DNA of 64,000 nt, taken from Dudresnaya verticillata. Taxonomy: Eukaryota. This document shows, in pieces, positions 45,994 to 57,200 of the stretch. The notes beneath the pieces are model-generated. The model was not told where the DNA came from, did not search any database, and was given only the letters and a program-made list of their open reading frames with translations. The translations under genes and the position numbers were made by a program. The stretch is taken from positions 682,001-746,000 of the forward strand of contig OZ374565.1 of the NCBI GenBank assembly GCA_977862235.1, given 5' to 3'. Position 1 is the first letter of the stretch. The number at the start of each line of letters is the position of its first letter.

Positions 45994-47863
45994 TGTGGTA
46001 CAACGGGCGTTGACGCCCTGTAAGGAGCCACGCGGACACGAGTCCTCTGTAAGGAATGACAGGCGCACAACCGCCCGGGTGATATGGCTGGCTTACAGAT
46101 TGATTTAAGTGCTGAAGCGCTCCTGCGCTGTAAGGCAACACGTGTACAGAGTTAATCTGTCAGGCACACTGCTGATATGGCACTGTGCCATTTGGGGATT
46201 AACTATGACCACACCATCGCGCCATGCATTGCTGGCGGATGTTTGCCCCGCGGCGCCTGACAGTGGCGCCGCGCTCGCCTTGTGGCCTGACCACTCATTC
46301 CTATCTAAGGACATATCCTACCTGTATTGTACAGTATTAGCTAAGTATTAGCCCTAGAGCTCTAACTGAGCGAGTAGCACCTTTTCGGCTCTCGCCGTAT
46401 TTATGGGGCCCCTGAGTAGTAGGGGCCCGGCACTAAACCGGCAGCGGTCTGTGCCTTGGGTTTTCCCCTTTTTGGACGCTTACGGTGCTACTGCTACAAC
46501 TCCCCTTTGGGCGTCTACAAGCCCTGTCGTCTACGACGAATTGCTCTATTCAGCAGGGCTCACCTTTCGCTTTTTCCTTTGTCAGGGCTTTAAGCCCTCT
46601 CAAGTCTCTACCACCCCCTTTTCCGAGCTACCAACCACACGAGTGGGATCGACCTTTGAGGACAGCTGTCGTGCCGTGTCGCCGTCTCTGTTGGCTTCAA
46701 AGCCATTCTACTACAGGGTTGCCAGGGTTTCTGGAACCCGTCGGTATGGTGCAAATTATCCCACGCCACTGGCGCTCTGTACCGTCCTAGACAGATACCT
46801 CCCGTCTTTGACGTTTTTACCGCCTTTGGCGACTGGAATCGAGCTCGAGGCGCGAACCCGCTCGTGATCCCTGTTTCCGCCGATGCTGCTAGTCATTCGA
46901 CTTTGTCGGGCAACTTGGTCAAGAACCAGACCTCCCGTTCACAGCGGATAGTGACGGCAATTTGCGGTAGAGAAAACGCGTGAGGTGTAGTTACTGGGTC
47001 ACGCTACCGCGCCCCGTGGCATATTTGCACACGTGGCACGTGTCACAGGGCAGCGGAGGACAACGGGACCAGGAGTCTGTAAGCGCGGTGTGTGAACACG
47101 TGTAAGTGTAAGCATTAGCGCGGCGCGCGCGGTGGCCTGGGAAAATGTGTCAGGCGCGCGGCTGCCTTCCGAGGGCACTTGTCAGACGCACGACGGAACG
47201 ACACATCTCCTTAGTTCCCGCGCGCCGCAGCGCCACCTCCGTCGACCACGCAGCAGTAGTAATACTGAGGTAACCCGTCTAGGACGTCACAGTAGACCCC
47301 GGCAAGCCGGTCTTGTGCACTGGTCTGCCTTCAAACCTCGCCCCGTCTTTCGTTAGCGTCACTGACGCTACCGAAGTTGGTTACGCGTTGCGATGATCGC
47401 GCTTCCGCGTCAATGTCTGTCTTTGACGTGTATCCCCTTTTGTTTTCCCCCCGAGAAGCTCGGTAGTTCTTCACCCCCTGCGCTCAAGAGCGGAAATCAC
47501 CGCGGTGATATCGCGCTATTAGCGTGGGCTACGTGTCGGACTACCACGCACTCATTCACTCCGTCGTGGACGTGTGTTTCCCCTTTATGGCCTTGGTAGC
47601 CAAATGCCCCTTCCCGCTAGTGTGTGCGTCGCCGCCGCTTCCGTTAGGCAAAGCGTCGGTACCCCCGTCCCTCCACGTTCAACACCGTCGTTCACGTGTT
47701 TCCATTTCCGTCTTGTTTCATTTCTTTGGTTTCGACCTACCTACCGCCCAGGGCGAATTGTGGCGTTGTCCATGCTCTACCACCCCTACCGTCTCTGACG
47801 TGCTACCCGCCGGATCTCGAACTGTCCGGGCCTGCTTTTTCGTCCTAGACGTTTTGCACCACA
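45994..47863. repeat. LTR-derived sequence (probably two nested or adjacent LTRs) inside the piggyBac-like element
   Basis: Starts TGTGGTACAA and ends TTGCACCACA like the other solo LTRs, with similar pyrimidine-rich tracts. No matching TSD found, so boundaries are uncertain. Confidence 0.45.
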
Positions 47864-48103
47864 GTCGGGAGGCGACGGGTTGTCGGATTTATATTCTGGA
47901 AAGCGTGTCTGGGTCGCCAGATTGTCCCTGCATACAGAAGGGTATTTTGGAAGGAATTGAAGACTGTCAGAGCCCCATTCTTTGGCCTCCAGAAGGGCTC
48001 TTTCGAGCTCTTGTGTTACTCTCCTGGAACATTTGAGACAAAATACTGAGTCCAGAAAAGTTCTTAAGTTCCAAAAATGGAACACATAATGGATTAGGGA
48101 TAT

Positions 48104-48302
48104 AATCAAATGCTTTTCTCTTCCTCGTACCCCGGACGAGAGAGGGACGGCGAACCCGAGCACTTAGTATCAATCGACTGCAGCGGCCGGCGCCGTCGCA
48201 AGAGCGACGGCCGCGTTCCTTACATTTGCTTACAGGGCTCTCCCGAATTAATTCAGCGGTGAATGGTGCAATTATTGCAGCGAGAGAGGGGCTGCTGCGA
48301 CA
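48104..48302 (-). repeat. 5' LTR of copia element 2, part 2
   Basis: Matches 32935-33133; followed by TSD GCCAT. Confidence 0.95.
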
Positions 48303-49224
48303 GCCATCGACAGTATGACGGCGGCGACAAAATATCTGCGAAAATACCACACAGCTGGCGACTCAGCGCGCTGCGTCCGTCCTTACAGATGTCGCGTGTC
48401 CACGTGTGTACCTACAGCACTCGAGCGCTCATTACGCCATAGAGTCTCAACTTTGGCGTCAATTGAAAAGAGTCGTGCTGCACTGGCTGACATGAAATCT
48501 CTCGTATCGTCTCGTCGTACGAGGAACAAGGGGCGAGACAATCTCAGTTTGCAGAGGAACTTCGAACTCTTCCAAGCAACCTCACCGCGCACGCAACTCG
48601 GTACATCAACCGGAAGGACGGGATGTGCAAGATAGCTGCGCTTATTTCGATCGCACTGTGACAGCTGCTGAAGAAAGGCCCTCATCGTCCACTGAACGCT
48701 TAAAATGTCCACCATTCGGTTGCTCAGTTTTGACAGCATTGTAGACTTTCTTCCACCCCTCCTTAGAGTTCCGTGCAATCGCAGCGCTCGCCTTTGAACT
48801 TGGCGTCAAACCTTTCGGGATGAGACGCGGGATGGTGCGACAGCTGTGGGTTGATTGCCTTCCGATGTATGCTGTTGACTATTGCACTTACCCAGCAACT
48901 TTCCGCTCTGGGAGTGTTCATGACTTGCTCTACATATGGATAGCTAGGGCTATAAAGGATGCTACATGCTGCAAGCAACGTCTTCGAATGTGGCCGAGTC
49001 GCCGTAATATGATTCTGGCAGTTTATGAGACTGCGGCAATAATATAAGAAACATGAAGGACGATGGGCCCAAAGCGCCGAAAAACTGCAAATAGCAAAGA
49101 CGGCAACAAAACCATTACAGTCAACGGAGAGGGAGCACTGCAGCGGGCGCCGACTCGGAAGCTGCGACTTGCCGAGCACCGCGCCTCGCGGCGCATCCCT
49201 TCCATCGACGCCGCGCCGGTCGCC

Positions 49225-50088
49225 TCACACGGGCGCCGCCATAAACGCGCGAGCCTTCTCGAGCCCACGCTCGTTCCCCTCCTCCGCGACGCGCTGCAGC
49301 CGCCGGTGCACCGCATCGCCAAGGCGCAGCGGCACGTCTCTCAGCGCGTCCAGCCGCGCGTCCGCCTCGGTCGCGGCGTGCACGTTCCTGCTGACGATGC
49401 GCGTCCGCCGGCATCCCAGCGCGTCCAGCAGCCGCCCAAGGTCGTGCTCCACGCTTCCCACGCGCACCACGAAGTCGGGCACAATCCGGTCGCCACCGCG
49501 CACGCCCCACGCCTCGCGCTTCTCGTCCACGTACGGGTACGCCTCCAGGAAGCGCTCGTCGCCGCGCCGCCCGCGCAGCACGCCCTGCACGTCGCCCAGC
49601 TGCGCGCGCCCCACCGTCGAGTTGCCGCGCCCGACCACCGTGTACTTGGCCGCGGACCACAGCCGCGCCCGCATCGCCGCGCAGCTGGACACGTACATCA
49701 GCTGCGCGCACTGCGCGCGCAGCGCCACCACGTCCGCCGCGCCGAGGTACATGTGCCGCGAGAACAGCCCCACGCGCGCCTGCCGCAGCCGCAGCAGGTC
49801 CCGCACGGAGTGCGCACGCGTCGCGTGCGACCGCGCCGGCTCGGCCACCCCGCGACGCTCCAGGCACGTCGACAGCGCCTGCGAGATGGTCGTGCTCGCC
49901 GTCCGCGGCGGCCGGTCGTAGATGAAGCACCGCCGCCGCGTCACTCCCCGCCCCGCCCCTCCAGCCCAGCGCACGAGCGCCCCCAAGCGGTGTCGCAGCG
50001 ACTCCGTCCCCGCAAGCAACCCCACAAGCAACCCGACCAGCACTACGGCCGTGACGGCTCGCAGCCGCATCAACTTGCGCATCCACAT
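49225..50088 (-). CDS. type II membrane carbohydrate sulfotransferase-like protein
   Basis: N-terminal TM segment; CFIYDRPPRTASTT (5'-PAPS-binding-like loop); SRHM; YVSSC..MRARLWS; PDFVVR. Very high GC3; paralog of 50328-51287. Confidence 0.75.
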   Translation of the reverse strand: MWMRKLMRLRAVTAVVLVGLLVGLLAGTESLRHRLGALVRWAGGAGRGVTRRRCFIYDRPPRTASTTISQALSTCLERRGVAEPARSHATRAHSVRDLLRLRQARVGLFSRHMYLGAADVVALRAQCAQLMYVSSCAAMRARLWSAAKYTVVGRGNSTVGRAQLGDVQGVLRGRRGDERFLEAYPYVDEKREAWGVRGGDRIVPDFVVRVGSVEHDLGRLLDALGCRRTRIVSRNVHAATEADARLDALRDVPLRLGDAVHRRLQRVAEEGNERGLEKARAFMAAPV

Positions 50089-50327
50089 CCCGCGGAGGGC
50101 CGGGAAGACGGCTGACTCGCGCCGCTATCGCGTTTGGGGCTACTGCCACGCAATAGCGACGGTAATAGCGCATTTATGGAGTTTGATCCGCTCAAACTCG
50201 CCAAAGTGTCAGCCGCCGCCTCCGCCGCACCGTAACAGAGTGTTATTACACTCGCGTCCCCGCCGCGCTACAGTGAGTGTACCGACCGCACCCCTTCCAA
50301 CTTTATAAACCATCCGACGGTCAAGAC
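50089..50327. promoter_or_regulatory. putative bidirectional promoter
   Basis: 239-bp gap between two divergent ATGs; TATAAA near 50304. Confidence 0.45.
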
Positions 50328-51287
50328 ATGCCGCCGCCTTCGCCTTCGCCACCACCGCCGCCCGCTGAGCACCCGCCTCCACCGTTGCCGCCGCCGCCGC
50401 GCCCGCAGTCGCCGCCGCCCAAGCCGTCCGCGCGCCTGCGCCTGCGCCTGCGCCCGGCCGTTCTGCTCCCGCTATGCGTCGTCCTCGCGCTCGCGCTCAC
50501 AGTGCACCGACGCCGCGCCGTGCTGCGCCCGCTGCGCCGCCGCGCCCACCCGTCGAACCCGCCGTCGCGCAAGCACCTGTGCTTCGTGTACGACCGCCCG
50601 CCGCGCACGGGCTCCACCACCGTGTCGCGCGCCGTTGGCGCCTGCATGCGCGAGACCCACGCCTACGCCCAACCCCCCGCGGAGACCCGCCATGTGCGCG
50701 ACGTCCTGGTCCCCCGTATGCTCGCCCTGGATGCCCCTCGCGTCGGCCTCTTCGGCCGCCATGTCTACATCTCGCGCCAGGACCTGCGCGATATTCGCGA
50801 ATACTGCAGCGACGTCTTCTACCTCTCCAGCTGCCGCCCCGTGCGCGAGCGCATCTGGTCCGTCGCAAAGTACGCCGTGTCCCGCTCGGGTAACGCCAAC
50901 ACTACGGTTGACGGTGACCGCCTCGAGCGCGCTATGCAGCGTTACATGGCCAATGACCGTGCCGAGGCATTCTTGGAGCGCTACCCATACGTGACGATTG
51001 ACGGCTTGCCCAACGACGTCCCCAACGCGGAGATGATTGTCCCGGACTATATCATCCGCGCAGACCACATGGAGCACGACCTCGCGCTGCTACTGGACGC
51101 GTTGCAGTGCGGTACGGCGTTCAAGAGCGGCAACGTCCACGCCGGCGCCAGCGGGAACGACATGCTGCTGCGCAAGGCCCTCAAGCTTGGCGACGCTAGC
51201 TACCAAAGGCTCAAAAGGCTCGCTGAGACGCGCAATGAGGAGGGACTGCGGAAGGCGAAACGGTTTGTCCCACAGACGCAGCTGTAA
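50328..51287 (+). CDS. type II membrane carbohydrate sulfotransferase-like protein
   Basis: Pro-rich N-terminus and TM segment; CFVYDRPPRTGSTT; GRHV; YLSSCRPVRERIWS (3'-phosphate-binding-like RxxxxRxxS); PDYIIR. Intact, high GC3. Confidence 0.8.
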   Translation: MPPPSPSPPPPPAEHPPPPLPPPPRPQSPPPKPSARLRLRLRPAVLLPLCVVLALALTVHRRRAVLRPLRRRAHPSNPPSRKHLCFVYDRPPRTGSTTVSRAVGACMRETHAYAQPPAETRHVRDVLVPRMLALDAPRVGLFGRHVYISRQDLRDIREYCSDVFYLSSCRPVRERIWSVAKYAVSRSGNANTTVDGDRLERAMQRYMANDRAEAFLERYPYVTIDGLPNDVPNAEMIVPDYIIRADHMEHDLALLLDALQCGTAFKSGNVHAGASGNDMLLRKALKLGDASYQRLKRLAETRNEEGLRKAKRFVPQTQL

Positions 51288-54200
51288 CCGGAAAGGGTAT
51301 TCGGTTGCGTTGCAGCGAGTGAAGGGTGCAACCGGCCTGGAGTGAACCAGGGGTACGAAGGTAGTCGTGAAGCAAAGGGTCGGCATGCCCTTTTGTCTTT
51401 TGTCTTTTTTGCTTCTTTTTTTTGGGGGGGGGCGGCAAACTTGGGCTGGGCACGCTTGCAGCCTGCTCGCGAGAATCAACCGCTCCGTCTGGTGCTTTCG
51501 ACGAGCGCGGCGCGGGTAAGGGTGGAGGTGACAGCGCTCGGACAGCAGTGCTGTGGCGTGTGATGGTGGATGACCGGCGGGTCTGGATAGGAGGTGCAGT
51601 TGTGGGGGTGGTGTTGTGTAGAGTAAACTAGCAGCTTGGTGACCCGACATGCTCGGCTCGCGACTGTAACTTGTTTGCTCGGGTGGACAGACCATGCGAC
51701 GGTGTTTTGCTGTGCCGAACGACGTTGGTGTGGGTTGGGAACGGACGGGATCAGTTTCGACGTGCGTTGTTGGATTTGTCGCACAGATTCCCAATTCCGT
51801 TGCTGTATTCCACTCGGCAACGAACAGCCGCGCTTCGTCTACCTCCGCTCATCCCTTCGAATATGCACTTCCGATGTTGTCGAGGGCTCTTTTGAGGACG
51901 TTTGGACGGTTTCCAACAAGAGCAATCTCTCTTACAAACTTGCTTTGTTGCGGAAAGCGACGTTTCGAAAGGGCTAACAACAGGTCAGCATACAGTCCGG
52001 ACGTAACATGAAGCTGGCTTGATGTCGACAGTCTCTAACCTCTCTTTGAATCTCCGCTTCTGTCCCAGCATTGAGCACCCAACTCACAGTACCACCCAGA
52101 GGAATCAAGAACTCTGCACGAGTCCGCCTGCTTCTCATCGCGGCGGAAACCTGGGTCTCTTTTCGCCCCCCAAATGCTCCATCCTTCTACGTGTCGCCCC
52201 CAAAAAGCAGCGCAGATGCTCGTAGCTATGTCTTGAGTCTTTCACATGGCGTCATTGTAGCTTTGATAAATCTTCATTCCATGTAAACTACGCAAAGACC
52301 AGCACCTGTGCGTTCAATGCCTTTCGTAGTTGTACTTTTGAACCAGACGAAACGAGAAAGAATGCACGTCTCTATTTCAGGAAATATTTGCATTGCAGAC
52401 ACCTACTTGAATGGCTGCGGTTGCACGCAGAGCGTTCTGTTCGGGGAAACTTCACTTTATCCGAGTCTAAACCTACGTCAAATAAAAAAGAACACGAAGG
52501 TGTGCATACCTTGTACATTGCCTGTTGTGTTTGGTCTTCGGTGCGATGAATAATCATTAGATCTGGTAGCGGAGATGTCCTCCCATCTCCCATAACAAAC
52601 GAGGTTTCTCCAACGTTTCTTATTAGCATCCATTCTCTTTAGGATCACTCGTCCTTTTGTGTGCTGCACTACAAGCCGTTGTTTTATGCCCATTTCTAGC
52701 GCGATATTGAGTTACTCTGGCGAGGCGTATTTAAGCGTTTCAATATTTCCTCACCCGATGGCTTTTCATGTGTTTCGATCGCGACACAAACTTTAAAGCG
52801 GGCATGCTAAAACAAGTCTCGTTTCTTCTGAATAGATTGCGAGCCGAACGAGGATAGAGCGTCTGCCAGACCACTGGACCACGGTATCCGGGCGCTTCAT
52901 CCCCCGTGCACTTGTTCCACTTTCGTGGCCAGCGATAAACCTACATACAATTAAGCAACATGTTTCTGTAGCACTAAAAAGCTATGAAACATCATCTTTT
53001 AGGACCTATTAGTAAAAATAGATCCGGGTCCCTATCCTTCTGTTTGTACTTCCCGGTACGCTATCACATGTCTTTGTGATAGAGCCTTTAAGGATACTGC
53101 CTGCCTGCATTCGTTACCCCAACGCCACCGATGTGATCACATCGCCCGGGACAGCGGTAAGGCAGCGAGGAGAGAAAAGTGATATCACACATGAATTGTC
53201 GGTTTCTTACAGCTGCAATGCAACCTATTTCTACAGCAGTCAGAAGTTCGCCGTCCACGATCACGAAAGGTATTGAGCTTTGCCAAAGAGTTCATCTGCG
53301 ATGGCAATGGGGCTGACTGACACTGACCCGAACGTTGTCCCAGCTAAATGGCTTAGAGTCCTTCACTTTAACGTTTGGAAGTCCGGCATCGGCTCGTGCC
53401 CCCACCGAAGTCTGAACTCAACACTTCCTGACTTGGCTACTTGCAACTGTGCTTTCCATCACTTGCGCTGTACTAAAAAGCTCCTTGAAGCGATAGTTCA
53501 TTTCGCTGGTGCACAGTGTTCGAGCTAAGGGGGGATATCCAAATTGATGTAGGATTAGCAATGAAGCTCGACAACATACGCATTCAGGATGAAGTCTAGC
53601 TGTTTCAGCGTGCCAATCGCTTATATATCTCCCGGCAGGGTAGAATGAATCCGTTATCTCGCTCGACTTCAAACTACATTTTTGATTGTCGTACTACTCG
53701 AACAATTGGTTCCCAACAGGAAACACCAACAACTTTTCGAAGTTAAGACTGGGCCTTGCATCAAAGAGCGAGCAGCAGACTGTAGTGTACAGGTAGATCA
53801 GCTCGCACCGACGAAAAGAGTCTGGTTCTCCCATATTTGTTAGCTGTTCTGTAGAGACAGCTATTCGTGCTTCAGCTGCGTCCGTGTGTGTCAGTGTGCC
53901 CTGTACACACGCCCTCTTCATCAAAGGGAACGTCCTGCGGCTCGACAGTACTGTACAACATGTACATCATGGGGCAAGTATAGACGGGCTTCGCGCTTGC
54001 GATGCGTCCATTTGAGAGCTAATGCAGTTGTACGCCCCTAAATGCGTGGTGGCGTATCTCCTTGTCCATGATGGATCGTCGGTCCAACCGGGATGAATTC
54101 ATCTCAGATTACTACCTCCAGAGGCTCCAAAAATAGAACCGAGCAAATCGGTTCATGAATCATGATCGTCCAGCGATTCTGATGATATGGAAGCGATATG

Positions 54201-57200
54201 CTTCCTCGTGAACCCCGTTCATGTGAAGCCCACCCTTTCCCTAAAATCACCATACCGTACTGTTGTTTATGTTGAATGGTATGCCATTGCATTTCATACA
54301 CTCCGTGCCTGGGAGACGACAAGTTCAGCGTCTAAAATACCAGAGCCTGAGCCCGCTTTGCGCGCTATAGCTGTCGATAATGAGTGTCCATGCTGATCTT
54401 CTTTGGACACGTCGTCTTGATAGCCCCATTTCGCACTTTGAGGTCCACCGTGGGAGCGAACGAAACGGAAAAGGCGTCTTAGACGAGATGCATCACGAGA
54501 CCCGTTGTCCGCCTTGCTTGGATTCGCAAAAACGTATGTGTACAGTAGCTGTGCATTCTCGCGAGATACCGATCGTGTCATTGAAGCTCCATGCCGCTCT
54601 CATCAAACGTTTAACAGAATTGGAACTTTCCAATGCGCGCTGAGGAAGCTGTCACTTTCAAGACATACAATGAAATAGAGCTAAGCCTTTGCAAGAAAAC
54701 CAGTCTACAGAAAAAGCACGAGAGAGAAACTTATCCTCAAGCGATACGGTGTTGCGCAATGCGAAGATCGCAATAATTGAGTACAACGAATCTCCTCAAT
54801 AAGGAAAACTACCAGTGGAACCTCAAGCTTGTCCACCAGAACCAGAACCGCGTGCCTCCCCTCGAAGAACATATATTAGACAGAACGTAGCAAATCTTCA
54901 CTCTAGTGAGAACGGTTAGGGCAGCCCTTGACGGTCACTGACACTGACAGTGACCATTAAGGGTTACTGCAGTATCAAGGGCAATGACCACCAATGTTTC
55001 CTCGTGGCTCACAATAACGTAACTGAAACGTGCAGTCCTGGATAGTGCCAGCAGAGGTTGGAGAAGCCCTCCCTTGTCTGGACAACCATCCACACACTGT
55101 CACATCTAAGTGCATGCACAGCAATATTTTGTCCTACGGAGGAGTCCCAACGGTTCATTGTCTTGTGTGTCTGCTACAGTTTCCTCTTTAGGGGCGTGTC
55201 CCGAAACAATGCTTCGCATGCAGAGATATGTATCGACTTCTTCTTCCGCCTTATTGTTCTGTAATTGGACACGATTCGTTCAGTCCCAAATAACTGCCAC
55301 CCTCAGCCAATCGTCCTACCCCGAGATGTCCGCGGAGAATTAATCCAAACGTGTCGGTCCCAGACTGCAGATTCAGTCATTGTGACATATTGCATCGGCA
55401 ATTCAGCGAACATCTTCAAGGTTGATGTGACCCTCGGGCGACGAGATCAGCTTGCAGCTGCTGGCATAAATTCGCCACACACCACCACACAACCACAGCG
55501 CGTACATGCCTACCAAAAAGGCGAAAGCACCAGAGATCTCGTGCACTACTTAACAAGTTGTATCGAGCTTGGTGGATCAGGGTGCAGCTAACCACTTTCA
55601 GTTCAATCACCCGATCTGCAGCTGAACTTCGTCGGGAAGTCACGAGCGCTGTCATTTTGAGAGTCTATCACATTTCTTTGAAAGCCGTTCTAGACCTCAA
55701 CATCAGGGCGTTGACCTACAACAGCCAAAATATGCCACCCGATTCGAAAGGTCACGTCACAATCCTTTCACTGCAAGTTCTCTGATCCAAGCTGTTTCTC
55801 GAAGACAATCATTTCTGAAGATGACGAGCAGTTCTAATCGCAACGACGCAGCGCATTGAGACGTGGAGAGGATGGGAGGTTGTTTGCACCCTTGTCCGAT
55901 ATAGATCTGACAGGGAAAGACTTGGATGGTGGAAATAACTGGAGAAGTGGGACTGTGCTGCACCAAAGAGTGTTGGGGTGCAATATGATGCAGACTTCCT
56001 GGACGCCATAAAGACTCTTCTGGGAAACATTTTCTGTTTCTCATACGGTCAAACTCGACCGGCTATGCAACATTCGATACCCGAGACATCACAGGCGATG
56101 TAGTGCTGACCATTGCTCAAATAGTGCACTGCCCAAGTCTCTTCCTGGCAAACTGGCATCGAACAAGGGTGCAAACACCCGCCCTTTCATTCTGTCCTCT
56201 TGCTTCATGAACATATCAAGCGGGGCGGGTATATTCCACAAGACATACCAAGTGCAAGATGTCTAGCTTCAGGCTCTCTCGGCCTGTAATAGTCTAGATT
56301 ACACCCTCTGTTGCTTGCTATATTACTAATGTAAGACGCAACGTTACGAAACAGCTGATGATAGGTCGGGGAACGAGGATAAACGCAAATGATTTTTCTA
56401 AGCGAGCCGCTCTTATTTTTTTTCCAAAGATACGCTGCCATAACGTTACCGCGACACTTCATCTAGAATCGTGTTGCGTCTAGATGAAGAGGGTTGTGAA
56501 GATTCAAGACATAGTGCTACTGTTCAAGATTGGGCCGGTGCAAGTAGGCCCAACTATTTTCTATCCTTCTTCACACACAAAAAAGTGCTACATGATTTCT
56601 CAAAGAACAACAGCAGATACACCTTCAGCGCAGATTAGCAGTTTTGTAAGTGCTGGAAACGGTAAAAGACGACTGCTCTGTTCTATTAATAGAACACACA
56701 AATCCCAAGGGCTTTACAAAGTATCGACACAAGTGGCTTAGAATAAAAATGTGAGTTTGTTTCATTAGTGCAATAATCAATTCCACGCTGATATCCATTT
56801 ATTCTTTCATAAAGGTCTCTCTCTCTCTCCCTCTCTCTGATATCCATTTCGGGGATTATTGCTGAGTCAAAACAACTCAGAACAAATCCGAGACCGCGTT
56901 CAACCCAAACCAAAGCAAACCAAAACACTGATCTGCTCCTTTTTTAAGGCACTTGTACCTGGAGGTATTTCATCAGGGTAATCGCTTGCAAGGCAGCACC
57001 TTTTACGCGGAGAAATCCAATAGAAACTACTCAATCCACTCAGAAAGAGCCCTGTGCGTACTGGAACGAAGAAGGGAGAGCTCGTCCTCGAGGGATGAAA
57101 TCAATGCATATATACACATAGAGCCCGTATCAAAACTGCAACTACACAGTGTGTACAGTGCTGGTAACCAGTTACCAGTTACCTAACTGGTAGTTTAAGA

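Larger units (their letters stand above)
42194..48099 (-). mobile_element. piggyBac-like DNA transposon with ATAT target duplication
   Basis: CCCTA...TAGGG termini. ATAT on both sides, where the uninterrupted LTR has a single ATAT. Both ends carry a GTGTTCC...GGAAC subterminal hairpin. Confidence 0.9.
32787..48302 (-). mobile_element. complete Ty1/copia (GalEa-like) retrotransposon with nested insertions
   Basis: LTRs TGTCG...CGACA at 32787-33133 and at 42046-42193 + 48104-48302. TSD GCCAT (32782-32786 and 48303-48307). PPT GGAGGGAG beside the 3' LTR. Confidence 0.95.

Noticed and set aside
45869..46141. N-terminal extension of ORF 44159-46141
   Set aside because: It begins in LTR-like sequence from a non-ATG codon; ATG 45868 is the more plausible start.
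49063..50173. Overlapping 350-aa ORFs 49063-50115(+) and 49121-50173(-)
   Set aside because: Shadow frames of a high-GC3 gene; only 49225-50088(-) has motifs and a paralog.
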